Position numbers and translations under genes: made by a program
Shown here: piece by piece, positions 8,692 through 19,400 of the stretch
Layout: every line of letters begins with the position of its first letter
Position numbering within the stretch: position 1 is the stretch's first letter
Notes under the pieces: model-generated
Databases searched by the model: none
What the model saw: the letters and a program-made list of their open reading frames with translations, nothing else
Told to the model about the DNA's origin: nothing
Origin: Candidatus Cloacimonadales bacterium
GTDB taxonomy: Bacteria; Cloacimonadota; Cloacimonadia; Cloacimonadales; JAFGVF01
NCBI GenBank assembly: GCA_963667035.1
Contig: OY762964.1
Location: forward strand, 1,344,001-1,408,000
Direction: 5' to 3'
DNA: 64,000 bases

Positions 8692-10447
8692 TTTTCTCCG
8701 TCTTCTTAAGCATTATCTGGTTGTATAAGTCACTGTTCTGTAACAATTCCTTATTGGAACCCTCTGCTTTAACTGTTCCTTCGTCAAGAACAATTATTCT
8801 ATCAGCTCTCTTAGCTGTTGCCAATCTATGAGTTACTACTATACTTGTTAAAGCATCATTAGATTTTTTTAGCTTAATCCAGAAGTTATTTTCTGTTTCT
8901 GCATCCATCGCTGCTGTACAATCATCCATAAGGATAACTTGAGGTTTTCGAATAAGTGTTCTTGCAATAGATAATCTTTGCTTTTGCCCACCGGACAAAC
9001 TAATACCTTTTTGACCAAGTTTAGTCTCCATTTTAAGAGGAAAAGCATTTACTTCATCCGTCATTAATGATATATCTAAGCTATCGGCCACTTCCTGTTC
9101 CGTGAACTCATTCCCAAGCAACAGATTATGGTGAATCGTTTCACTAAATAGAACATTCTCTTGTCTGATATACCCGAATATTCTTCCAATATCTGAATTT
9201 TTATAAACACGAATAGATTCACCATTTAATCTGATTTCACCTTTAGTAGGTTCCAGGTTACCGGCAATCAGTTCCAATAAAGTACTCTTTCCACTTCCTA
9301 CTTTTCCAACTATAGCAACTGTCTCTCCCCTCTTTATACTCAAGTTAATATCTCTGAGTACAGGTGCTACAGCATCATCATATTGATATGTAATATTCTT
9401 CAACTCAATTGTATCTGCTGAGTCTAGAATCTTTGTTCCTATCTCATGATGGTTATCCGGATAGCATTCGGTTGTCTCATCCAATCTATCAACATATTTA
9501 AAGACTTGCTTGGATGAGGCATAGAACCATGAAAGTGTCCAAATTGGTTCAATCAATCTATTCATATAAGTGATGAACAGCAAAAAAGTACCAAGTGTAA
9601 TTGACTCTTTGATAACTAGAATACTACCAAGAAAGATAACAATTATGCTTCCTGCATGGTTCACCAGCATAGAATAGAATTGAATAATCTGATTCATTTT
9701 TAAGAACTGCTTCTCTTTAACCACTCTATCATCTAAAGCTTCATTATACTTCCTGAGTTGGTCTTCCTCGCTTATAGTAGTCTTAATCACTCTTATCCCT
9801 GAAAAACAAGCTTCGAGTATATTGTTACAAGTAGAAATAGACTTTTGTCTTTCCAGAGTATATCGTGTCATCTTATCTTCTGCTTTTGCAAGTATTAAAA
9901 CTAGAAAAGGCAGTAGCACAAATGATGACAAAGTTAAAATTACTGAGTAGCTAAACATTACACCTAATGTCATACCAAGAATAAGAATAGCTTCTAAAGG
10001 TCTCAATAAACCTGAGCATGAATACCAATGAATTCTATCCCAATCACCATCAATATCCGATGTTAATCTTGTTAATAAATCACCTGTACGAAACTTCTTG
10101 AAAAAGGCACTTATCTTATTTGTATAAATCTGATAATACTTAATCCTAAGGTTACGAGCAAAAAGATTGTTCATAAGACCTCTGGAATAAGGTAGTGCAT
10201 GTAAGACAAATTCGTGTAGTACCGTGAATATCAGATAAATGAATATCATATGATAGACTTTAGTCGGGACAAAATCCCCGGTTAGCTCATCGACTATATT
10301 TTTCAGTAATATCGGATATGCTGTCTTAATTCCAATTGTAATAATTGTGAATAATACTATTCCGGTAATCTGCAATGGATATTCTTTCCAGAGCTTGAAA
10401 AACCATTTAAAGTAATAAATCGTTTTTCTGTTCTGTTTATTATTCAT
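8666..10447 (-). CDS. ABC exporter fused permease/ATPase subunit (heterodimer partner, degenerate Walker B)
   Basis: TM domain plus GKVGSGKS, LSGGQKQR, ILMDD; probable start MNNKQ at 10447 overlapping the upstream gene end. Confidence 0.9.
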   Translation of the reverse strand: MNNKQNRKTIYYFKWFFKLWKEYPLQITGIVLFTIITIGIKTAYPILLKNIVDELTGDFVPTKVYHMIFIYLIFTVLHEFVLHALPYSRGLMNNLFARNLRIKYYQIYTNKISAFFKKFRTGDLLTRLTSDIDGDWDRIHWYSCSGLLRPLEAILILGMTLGVMFSYSVILTLSSFVLLPFLVLILAKAEDKMTRYTLERQKSISTCNNILEACFSGIRVIKTTISEEDQLRKYNEALDDRVVKEKQFLKMNQIIQFYSMLVNHAGSIIVIFLGSILVIKESITLGTFLLFITYMNRLIEPIWTLSWFYASSKQVFKYVDRLDETTECYPDNHHEIGTKILDSADTIELKNITYQYDDAVAPVLRDINLSIKRGETVAIVGKVGSGKSTLLELIAGNLEPTKGEIRLNGESIRVYKNSDIGRIFGYIRQENVLFSETIHHNLLLGNEFTEQEVADSLDISLMTDEVNAFPLKMETKLGQKGISLSGGQKQRLSIARTLIRKPQVILMDDCTAAMDAETENNFWIKLKKSNDALTSIVVTHRLATAKRADRIIVLDEGTVKAEGSNKELLQNSDLYNQIMLKKTEKIDDCRNAE

Positions 10448-12200
10448 TATGTGCTCCCATTTGGGTTCGGTAAAGTCTAGCATATTCCCCATTCATAGCA
10501 ATCAAATCCTTATGATTACCTTCTTCTGCAACTCTACCATCTTTAATCAACACTATATTATCAGCATGGGTAATTGTTGAAAGACGATGGGCAATAATTA
10601 TTGAAGTTCTACCTTTCAATAGTTTCTCCATGCTCAATCTAATCATCTCTTCAGTATAGGGGTCAACAGAGCTGGTTGCTTCATCCATGATAAGTATATC
10701 AGGATCAAAAGTTAAAGCTCTTGAAAATGATAGCAATTGCCTTTCTCCAAAGCTGAGATTACCTCCCTCTTCAGCGACCGGAGTCTCAAATCCTTGTGGC
10801 ATTTTTCTAATCAAATCATCTATGCCCATAAGCCTGGTTGCGTTATAAGCATTATCTTCCGATATATCTGTTCTCAGTACTCTCAAGTTATCAAGTATTG
10901 TACCCGGGAAAAGATAAATATCCTGAAGAACCAGACTCATCATTGACCTTAGTTTCTTACGAGAAACTGATCGTAAGTCATGACCGTCGATAGTAATTCT
11001 TCCTTCCTGCGGATCATAGAATCGTGCTAGTAAAGATATTGTAGTAGTTTTACCTGAACCTGTTGGTCCTACTATTGCCAGTGTCTGACCTTTTTTAACT
11101 GAAATGTTTATATCTTTTAGAACCGGTTTCTCAGGCTCGTATGCAAAACTAACATTTTCAAAGCGTATCTCATCTTCAAACGAAAACTCTTTGTCTTCAA
11201 TACCATCCTTTAACTCTGACTTAGTATCCAGGATTTCAAAAATTCTATCAGTAGCTCCTAAGGCTCTTTGTACTTGTCCTATCTGTTCAGATATCATTAT
11301 TAGAGGATGAATAGCCATCATTAAATACTGAATAAACATCCAAACAGTACCAATAGTTATTGTTCCTAGTTGTAACCATGTAACACTCTTATATAGAAGT
11401 AAGATTATCACTAGTTCAGGTAATAGCATAATCAGAAACCAAACTCCTTGTTCCAAAGCTTCAAGCTTAGCTATCATTAAGAAAAAATCATGATTTATCA
11501 ATCTGCTCTTCTTTCTAGACCAATCTAGGTTGTTTAGATTTCTCAAAACAGGAATACTCTTAATATGCTCACCTAAGAATCCTGAAATCAAAGAGTACTT
11601 TTCTCTTTCTTTCCTATAAAGCGGTCTCATGACCTTATAAAAGAAAACTGCAGTAGCTGCATATATAGGGGCAATTGCCATAACTACCAAAGTTAGATTC
11701 TTATTAGTCATGAACATTATCGTAAAAGCTATTATTACATTCAGAATAGCCCAAATGAAGTTAAGACCAACTGATGAAAAAAGCATATACAATTTTTGAG
11801 AATCGCTTTCAACCCTGCTAATCAGCTTTCCTGGTTGATGCTTATCGTAGAAACTTACAGGCAACTCCAAAAGATGCTTAAGCGTTTTTTGTTTTATATC
11901 ATTTACAATTTCTATTCCCATAAAACCGACAAGTAAGGATTGAAAATACTGAAATCCTCCTTGTAAGATAAGGAGTCCAAGATATATTAATCCTATCATA
12001 ATAATTTGTGCCATCACTTTTGACGGAATTGCCGTATCTATTAAGTGACGAAACACCAGAGGTAGACTACTACTTAAGCCTGTTGTAACTACTACAAGAA
12101 TTACAGCTTGAGATAATTGCCTACTGTGCCCTCTAAAAAAAGGGAAAACCCGTTTTAAAGAAGACAGTTTTGCTTTTTTAACATTACTTTCTTCATTCAT
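10440..12200 (-). CDS. ABC exporter fused permease/ATPase subunit
   Basis: TM domain plus GPTGSGKT, degenerate signature LSFGERQ, ILIMDEATS, AHRLST. Confidence 0.92.
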   Translation of the reverse strand: MNEESNVKKAKLSSLKRVFPFFRGHSRQLSQAVILVVVTTGLSSSLPLVFRHLIDTAIPSKVMAQIIMIGLIYLGLLILQGGFQYFQSLLVGFMGIEIVNDIKQKTLKHLLELPVSFYDKHQPGKLISRVESDSQKLYMLFSSVGLNFIWAILNVIIAFTIMFMTNKNLTLVVMAIAPIYAATAVFFYKVMRPLYRKEREKYSLISGFLGEHIKSIPVLRNLNNLDWSRKKSRLINHDFFLMIAKLEALEQGVWFLIMLLPELVIILLLYKSVTWLQLGTITIGTVWMFIQYLMMAIHPLIMISEQIGQVQRALGATDRIFEILDTKSELKDGIEDKEFSFEDEIRFENVSFAYEPEKPVLKDINISVKKGQTLAIVGPTGSGKTTTISLLARFYDPQEGRITIDGHDLRSVSRKKLRSMMSLVLQDIYLFPGTILDNLRVLRTDISEDNAYNATRLMGIDDLIRKMPQGFETPVAEEGGNLSFGERQLLSFSRALTFDPDILIMDEATSSVDPYTEEMIRLSMEKLLKGRTSIIIAHRLSTITHADNIVLIKDGRVAEEGNHKDLIAMNGEYARLYRTQMGAHNE

Positions 12201-12531
12201 TTGTGGAATCCTTAAATATGATTTGTTTTGCCGAAACCAAGGGAATGATGCAATGTTTTAATTCAATCTCTATATGGCAACCTTTTTTTCAATATTTACA
12301 AATGGACATTAACTTTATCTAATCATTTATTGTACATAGAGCTATGACTTCAAATATTTTACATAATTATTGATAATCTAAAAAATAATGGAGTAACTTC
12401 ATTAGAAGACAGAGTATTAAGTTTAATGATTGATATTCAATACTTCACAACTTTCATATTTATTCATACAAGCTCTTTGCTAATGTAATAGTTAATCAAA
12501 ACTTGTTTATATGCACAAAATCAAAACTTTA

Positions 12532-12586
12532 TTGACATTGCAAGAGCGGTTTACAAATTGACATTGAAATAAATGATAATTTTAAT
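12532..12586 (+). promoter_or_regulatory. Putative sigma70 promoter(s) for lysS
   Basis: TTGACA at 12532 and 12558; the second is followed 17 nt later by TTTAAT. Confidence 0.45.
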
Positions 12587-12671
12587 TGCGGTTATCAACA
12601 GTCATATACTATCCCCCACAGATACACGACAGATAACCGCAAACATATTTTAATATTAATGTGGAGCTAAG

Positions 12672-14168
12672 ATGGAACAGAATGTAAAACAGGTTATAGG
12701 TCTCAAGAAGCAGAAGTTGCAAAAGATTAGAGATTTGGGTATCAACCCTTATCCTACTAGTTGCGAAAGAACTCATTATATTAAGCAATTGCTTGATAAT
12801 GAAGAAGAGTACTTAAAAAACGAAGAAGCCGTAATTGTTACAGGTCGTCTTACAGCTATGCGTCGTCAGGGTAAGGTAGGCTTTGCCGAGATTACCGATA
12901 TGACAGGAAAGATTCAGCTCTTCGTTAAAAAAGATGCTGTTGGTGATGAGAACTATGAAGTTTTCAAACTCTGTGACCTTAGTGATTTTGTTCAAATAAA
13001 CGGTAATGCTTTCATGACCCAGCGTGGTCAATACTCTATATTAGTGAGTAAAATTACTATTTTAAGTAAAAATATCCGACCTATTCCAACTGTAAAGGAA
13101 AAGGTAATCGATGGTAAGACTGTCCGTTACGATGAATTTACCGATATTGAGCTTAGATATAGAAAACGTTATCTTGATTTACTCTTGAATCCTGATAATA
13201 AAGAAACTTTCATTAAACGTTCTCGCATTATCTCTTTTATCCGAAACTATCTTGACAGCATCGGCTTTATAGAAGTTGAAACACCGACATTACAACCTTT
13301 GTATGGTGGAGCAAACGCAAGACCTTTTATTACTCATCACAACAGCCTTGGAGCTGATTTATACTTAAGAATTGCGACCGAACTATATCTCAAAAGACTG
13401 ATTATCGGTGGATATGAGAAAGTTTATGAGATTGGAAAGAATTTCCGTAATGAAGGTATGGACAGGACACATAATCCGGAGTTTACTCTTATTGAGCTTT
13501 ATGAAGCTTACTCCAATCTTGGCGGTATGATGAAAATTACCGAAGAATTATTCAGTCAAGCCTGTGATAAAGTAAACGGAACTACGGATATTGCTTATGA
13601 AGGTCATAACATATCTTTAAAAACTCCTTTCCGAAGAGCTTCAATGCTTGAATTAATAGAAGAACATGCTGGTGTTGATGTTAGTAACTATAGTTTTGAT
13701 GAACTTGTTGCATTTTGCAATGAAAAGCACATAGATATTCCTAAAGGTGCAGGTTCAGGAAAGCTTATAGCAGAGATTTTTGAGCATTTTGCCGAAGAAA
13801 AGCTAATTCAACCTACATTTGTTATAGATCATCCTAAAGAGATCTCTCCTCTGGCAAAAGCAAAACCAGGTAATCCTTTGTTTACTGAAAGATTTGAGCT
13901 TTTCGTTGCAGGTTATGAGTTTGCTAATGCCTTTACAGAGTTAAATGATCCTATAGACCAAAGAGAACGTCTTGAATCTCAATCAAAGTTACGTGCACTT
14001 GGAGATCTTGAAGCTAATGTAATCGATGAGGATTTTCTTGAAGCAATGGAATATGGAATGCCTCCTACCGGTGGACTAGGAATAGGTATTGATAGATTTG
14101 TTATGTTGTTAACAAGCAACGAATCAATTAAAGAAGTTATCCTCTTCCCCACTATGAAACCTGAATAA
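12672..14168 (+). CDS. lysS: Lysyl-tRNA synthetase, class II
   Basis: RYRKRYLDL, YLRIATELYLKRL, FRNEG..THNPEFT, YGMPPTGGLGIGIDR. Confidence 0.98.
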   Translation: MEQNVKQVIGLKKQKLQKIRDLGINPYPTSCERTHYIKQLLDNEEEYLKNEEAVIVTGRLTAMRRQGKVGFAEITDMTGKIQLFVKKDAVGDENYEVFKLCDLSDFVQINGNAFMTQRGQYSILVSKITILSKNIRPIPTVKEKVIDGKTVRYDEFTDIELRYRKRYLDLLLNPDNKETFIKRSRIISFIRNYLDSIGFIEVETPTLQPLYGGANARPFITHHNSLGADLYLRIATELYLKRLIIGGYEKVYEIGKNFRNEGMDRTHNPEFTLIELYEAYSNLGGMMKITEELFSQACDKVNGTTDIAYEGHNISLKTPFRRASMLELIEEHAGVDVSNYSFDELVAFCNEKHIDIPKGAGSGKLIAEIFEHFAEEKLIQPTFVIDHPKEISPLAKAKPGNPLFTERFELFVAGYEFANAFTELNDPIDQRERLESQSKLRALGDLEANVIDEDFLEAMEYGMPPTGGLGIGIDRFVMLLTSNESIKEVILFPTMKPE

Positions 14169-14191
14169 TTAATCGATAGAAGCTTATAGAT

Positions 14192-14226
14192 AAAGGCAAG
14201 AAATGAATTATTTCTTGCCTTTTTTA
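14192..14226 (+). terminator. Intrinsic terminator after lysS
   Basis: AAAGGCAAGAAAT/ATTTCTTGCCTTT stem plus T run. Confidence 0.8.
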
Positions 14227-14269
14227 TATTTCAGTTAATATTTACATAATAAACAAAAATGGAGGATTT

Positions 14270-15103
14270 ATGTTAAAAAGAGTATTACTTTTAAGTATTA
14301 TAACAATTTCTGCTATGGCTATGTCTGCTCAATCTCCTTGGATTTTGAAAGGCGACATGAATCTACTGATAAATCAGAGTTACTATAGCGATAATTGGTC
14401 AGGCGATGAAGAAAGTGCTGTTGATTGGGTTGGAAGAGTTAATATGTCAGCAGACAGACCTTTATCGGAATTAGTTTACTGGAAGAATAAAGCTGAGCTC
14501 AAATGGGGTCAGAAACATGTCTATAATAAAGACACCGAGAAATGGTATAAACCCACTGAATCTGAAGATCAGATAGTTCTTGAGTCAATCTTTGATTTTC
14601 ACGTAAGTAAACATTTTGATTTATATGCTTCAGTTAGAGACGAAACATATTTCACGAATACAGATAATGACCTGTTTGATCCAAACCTCTTAATTGAATC
14701 AGTTGGTTTAAGTAAGGACTTCATAAAGCAAGAGAAGATGAATCTTAATAGTCGTTTAGGTTGGGCAGCAAGACAATTAATGAACAGAGGTCAGACAACA
14801 ATTACCGATTCCGGTGCTGAATCTGTGACTATCTTTACAAATGTTTTCATGAAAGATATGGCTAAGTTTAAATCCGAGTTAAGACTATATCAAGCAATTT
14901 ATAATTCTGAAGCCGATGATCTTTACGATGGTAATGATGATTGGAAATCTCTTGATATGCAATGGAAGAATGACCTCACAATCCAATTGATGAAATATAT
15001 TGGAGTTGGTTTCTACTTTGAGCTTGATTATGACAAGCAAGTTGATAAAGAAATGTATTATAAAGAAACACTTGGTCTCTCCGTTACTTATAATCTTTTC
15101 TAA
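14270..15103 (+). CDS. Outer-membrane beta-barrel protein (DUF3078-like)
   Basis: Signal peptide; NQSYYSDNWSG motif; C-terminal LGLSVTYNLF beta-signal. Confidence 0.7.
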   Translation: MLKRVLLLSIITISAMAMSAQSPWILKGDMNLLINQSYYSDNWSGDEESAVDWVGRVNMSADRPLSELVYWKNKAELKWGQKHVYNKDTEKWYKPTESEDQIVLESIFDFHVSKHFDLYASVRDETYFTNTDNDLFDPNLLIESVGLSKDFIKQEKMNLNSRLGWAARQLMNRGQTTITDSGAESVTIFTNVFMKDMAKFKSELRLYQAIYNSEADDLYDGNDDWKSLDMQWKNDLTIQLMKYIGVGFYFELDYDKQVDKEMYYKETLGLSVTYNLF

Positions 15104-15124
15104 TCAATATTTAACAATATAGTT

Positions 15125-15158
15125 ACAGGGAAGCATTTCTGCTTCCCTGTTTCTTTTT
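15125..15158 (+). terminator. Intrinsic terminator
   Basis: ACAGGGAAGC/GCTTCCCTGT stem plus T run. Confidence 0.8.
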
Positions 15159-15312
15159 ATTATCATTCTACATTTCAAATCTGTTTATATGTGAACTTAC
15201 TTTTTATGATCGACAATATACTTAATCACATTGTAATATTTACACATATTTCTATTTACTCCCCTAATCCCTGAACAAAACTGTTAATCTATTTGTGTGT
15301 TATCACATCAAA

Positions 15313-15468
15313 TTGTTTAAACGAATTACTAAAGTACGATTATCGCACTGTTTTTCCACTGTGCACGCACTGTGAACCCGGTGTTTCAGTGCGTGGATAG
15401 TGCGTCCACAGTGGCTGCACAGTGCAAACACAGTGCGTTGGTAGAGTATGGAGTGTGGGAAAACAGTG
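15313..15468 (+). repeat. Intergenic element family A, copy 1 (11-nt-phased CACTG/CAGTG units)
   Basis: 133-nt core 15313-15445 matches the reverse complement of 38808-38940 with 8 mismatches (manual alignment). Confidence 0.9.
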
Positions 15469-15748
15469 AGGGTAACCTATTCAGAAAACTACATAGTTAT
15501 CATAGTTTTATGAAATCCCATGTAATTTGTATATCATTGAATGTAATATAGTTGTGAACAATGTTGACAAGTTTATGTGCGAGGTGATTGTTTAATATTT
15601 GTTCTGGTCTTAATGTTTGTGCATCTAAAATTCCATAGACAGGCAATTATAGATGTTGGACTGGATAATTTAATAATTAAATAAAAAATATTGAGATTAG
15701 GAATATTAATTGCAATAAGTATTGCTGTCAATGTATTCGGAGGTAATT

Positions 15749-16423
15749 ATGAAAAAACTGATTCTTGCTATTCTTATCATTTCTGTATCATTCATTTTTG
15801 CAGTTGAATCACTAACAGTGCTTTCTCAATTTATCTTACCCGAAGGTGCAGCTTATGGGGGGCTCACGAATACCATAGAGGTGGTGATGTTAATAATGAT
15901 GGATTTGATGGTTAAAGCTAGAGATATTAATGAAGTGCATATCTACTTTGGTGGAGAAAATATTTCTTTTGAACCGGATATCATTATACCTATTGAAGTA
16001 GCTGAAGCTCCATTCACAAATTATGGAGACTTAGGTGACATAAATGGGGATGGAAGAAACGATATTCTTGTAAATGAAGGTGGTGATATGAACACTGCTA
16101 CAGTTTATTATATGGAGACTAACGCTAATGAGGATAGTACTCAACCAATTCTAACAGAAACCAGTAATTATCCGAACCCTTTTTCTGACAATACTACTTT
16201 TGAAATCAATTTAAACAAAACAAAGCTATTCGATGCAAAGGTGCAAATATTCAATATAAAAGGACAGAAAATCCGAGAGATACCAATTGAACCATCTAAA
16301 GATGTAATATGGGATGTGAAGGATCAAGATAATGGTTCTGTACCTTCCGGTGTATATTTATATCGAGTTGTGACTCAAGAGTATTACTCGAACACAGCAA
16401 AAATGCTTTATTTAAAACAATAG
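15749..16423 (+). pseudogene. Degraded secreted FG-GAP repeat protein with C-terminal FlgD-Ig/T9SS-A-like domain
   Basis: SD GGAGG plus ATG at 15749; signal peptide; one in-frame GDINGDGRND; a second FG-GAP motif out of frame; NYPNPF..IFNIKGQ..SGVYLY CTD. Confidence 0.6.
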
Positions 16424-16431
16424 GAGATTAA

Positions 16432-19400
16432 ATGAAAAGATTAGCTTCATTGCTGATGTTACTTATGTCATTAACACTTGTGGCAGTGAGTCATACGATT
16501 AGTTATTCATATCCTAACTTAACAATTACAGAAGATTCTTTAAGTTACAATGTCATTGAGTATAGTAACTTAAGTCAGACAGATATTAGGTCTGCACCAG
16601 CATTACCAGTGGAATATTTAAACTTCATTATACCTACTGGTACTGATGTCGGTTCAATTACCATTAGTAATTCAACACAAGAATTGGTAGCAGATACAAT
16701 AAATGTAACACCATCTGTTGGCCCAATTTATATGATTGGTGAATATCAACCAGCATCTCCTGATTCAACAATATACTCAAGTAATGACCTATATCCATTG
16801 AATAGTGTTGAGGTTGTTAATCATATGTATATTGGAGCAAATAGAATTGTGAAATTAGCAATATATCCATTACAGGTCAAACCTCAAAGTGAAAAGCTTT
16901 ATATTAATAAGTCTATTAATTTTACTCTAAACACTGTATCTAGTACACAACTATACTTTACCCAGTCAAAATGCCATGCAAGCTATCATGAAAGCTTGAC
17001 AGAAAAATTGGAGTTACTTGTAGAAAATGATTCCGATATTCCACTTTACATGAATATCCCTCCAATAATAGAAGAAGATCCAGGAGCTGAAGATTTTGAG
17101 ATGGTAATAATTGGAGCTGCGGAATATGAAGATGATTTTGAGGAATTCATTGAATGGAAAAATTTGAAAGGCTGTAAAACAAAGTATAAATCAACAGAGA
17201 CTATTGCTCTTCAGTATTCAGGCTATCCTTGGGGAGAACATCCAATTAGTGATTTACCTAGTAAGATAAGAGCATACTTAAAAAATATGTGGCAATCAAA
17301 TTGCTTACGATTTGCTATTATAGTTGGTGGAGGTTCAGATCCTGATCATCATCCAACAGGTACCCACTTACCTGATAATACTTTGAATGTTAGGTATTCT
17401 ACACGAGAACAAAATAGTTGGGATTCTGTTGAGCAACCAGATTGGGACGATTTTGCACGCGTATCGTCAGATTTATATTTTGCTGATTTTGGTGGAGATT
17501 ATGATTTTGATGGTGATGACTATTTTGGTGAGTATTATTCTTCATATTATCAATCAGATATAAATGATGTTGATAGAATTGACCTTGGTAGAGAGATTGC
17601 TATTGGACGTGTTTTGATAACACCACAAGGATCGATATCAGAAGAAGCTAAAATAGTAAGTTGGGTACACAAGACCCTTATTTATGAGCAAAACCCTGGA
17701 TATGGTGATAATCTGTATTTAGATAATACAATAATAGAGAATGGGTATTACTTATCTAATGAAGATGGTTGGACATCACATGTGTTTCTTGAGAATGAAA
17801 TAGATCCGACTACAGGATTTGATATGGAATCTGTATTAGGAAATCTATTTATTGAAGTTGATGGTACAACACTTAAAGCTGCAGGTAGAGGAGATGCAAC
17901 TGCAGGAACACCTACAGGAGCTAATACAATACAAGCATTTAACAATGATTTGGGTTGGGGACTAATAAATCAATATTGCCATGGATGGAAAATCGCTACT
18001 ACTAATTATTCAGGTTCACGAAACGTTACATCCGGTATAAGAGACGGATACTATTTAACAGCACTAGATGCCCAAAATGTAGCATATTTTGGAGGAAATG
18101 AGAGCATAAATGGATACGATAATATAGTCAAGACGGGGAAATATTCAATAATGCTCTCAGCTGCATGTTTAACAGCGCACCATGATGGTGTTAAGCATGG
18201 GGACGATATGTATCCACCGAATCCATTGAATCCTTGGTTCGATGAACCATCAATGGCAGAAAGCTGGACTTGTGGTACTGTAGATGGAGGTGGTCCAGTG
18301 TATATCGGTAATGTTATTCCTGGAACAATGGTTGAGTCGCAACGATCTCTTAATAGAACACTTTATAACTTTTATACTACAAATAATCTAAAACTTTCTG
18401 AATCACTTGCAGCAAGCCTAGAGAACGCCCCTAATGAGATTATTTCCAATGAACTCGTCTATTTCGGAGATCCTGATTTAGATATGTGGGTAGGTGTTCC
18501 TAATGAGATGAATATTAGTCATGATTTCTCCAATAATTCTGTCATTGTAACCGATGCAACAACAAGTTCCCCAATTGAAAATGCAAGTGTTGTGTTTACT
18601 TCAGCAACAGGTGACTATTATTATACTCATACAAATTCTTCCGGTGTTGCATCTCACACAGTAGCCTTTCAGGATGTCTGTGTAACTAAATATAATTATC
18701 TACCATATATTTCCTCAATTGCAGCAGTAAATGAAACCATATCAAGCCAAAGGGAACTAAGATATGACTTAATCGTACCTTCCGGTAGAACTCTAACAGT
18801 TTCAGCAGATTTAGAATTAGATAGTTCTGCAGGGAAAAATGCCAGAATTATAGTCGCAAGTGGAGCAACATTAGTTCTTAGTTCTAGTGCGTCAATTGTC
18901 GGCCACGCTGAGACTTATACACCGAATGGAACTACTGGAATACAGGTAACTATTCCGGGAAATAGTATAGAAGTTTATGGTACATTCAACATTTATGGTG
19001 ATGTAAATAGTCTAGAAACACAGGTTTATACTGGTGGTGTTGTACATCATTACTCTACAGGCAGCATTAATAATGCTCCTGTTGGAGTTTACATTACAGG
19101 GGGTTCTTTTATGCCTCACGGTGGTGATTTTGTTGATTGTGACTTGGCTATAGATTGGGAAACAGGTACATTTGGCTCACTATTTGGTAATACCGATTGT
19201 AATGGAATGTTAATAACAACTACTGAGAGTTTCGGTGGTATAAAACCAACTGGTATCCATTTACCATATGACCCGGATTGCCCAATGTCGTATTCAAACC
19301 TTAACTTTAGCAATTTGAATGCTTGTATTGTAAATTCACCATATACTGAATTGTTATCACCTCAGCCAGAAACCTTTACTCTATCTACTGTAAATGTTCA

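Noticed and set aside
12586..12642. T-box or lysine riboswitch before lysS
   Set aside because: No T-box AAGGTGGTACC-like motif, no terminator, and far too short
15313..15468. Family A repeats as a CRISPR array
   Set aside because: Units are 11 nt, switch orientation midway and have no unique 25-45 nt spacers; no cas genes in the window
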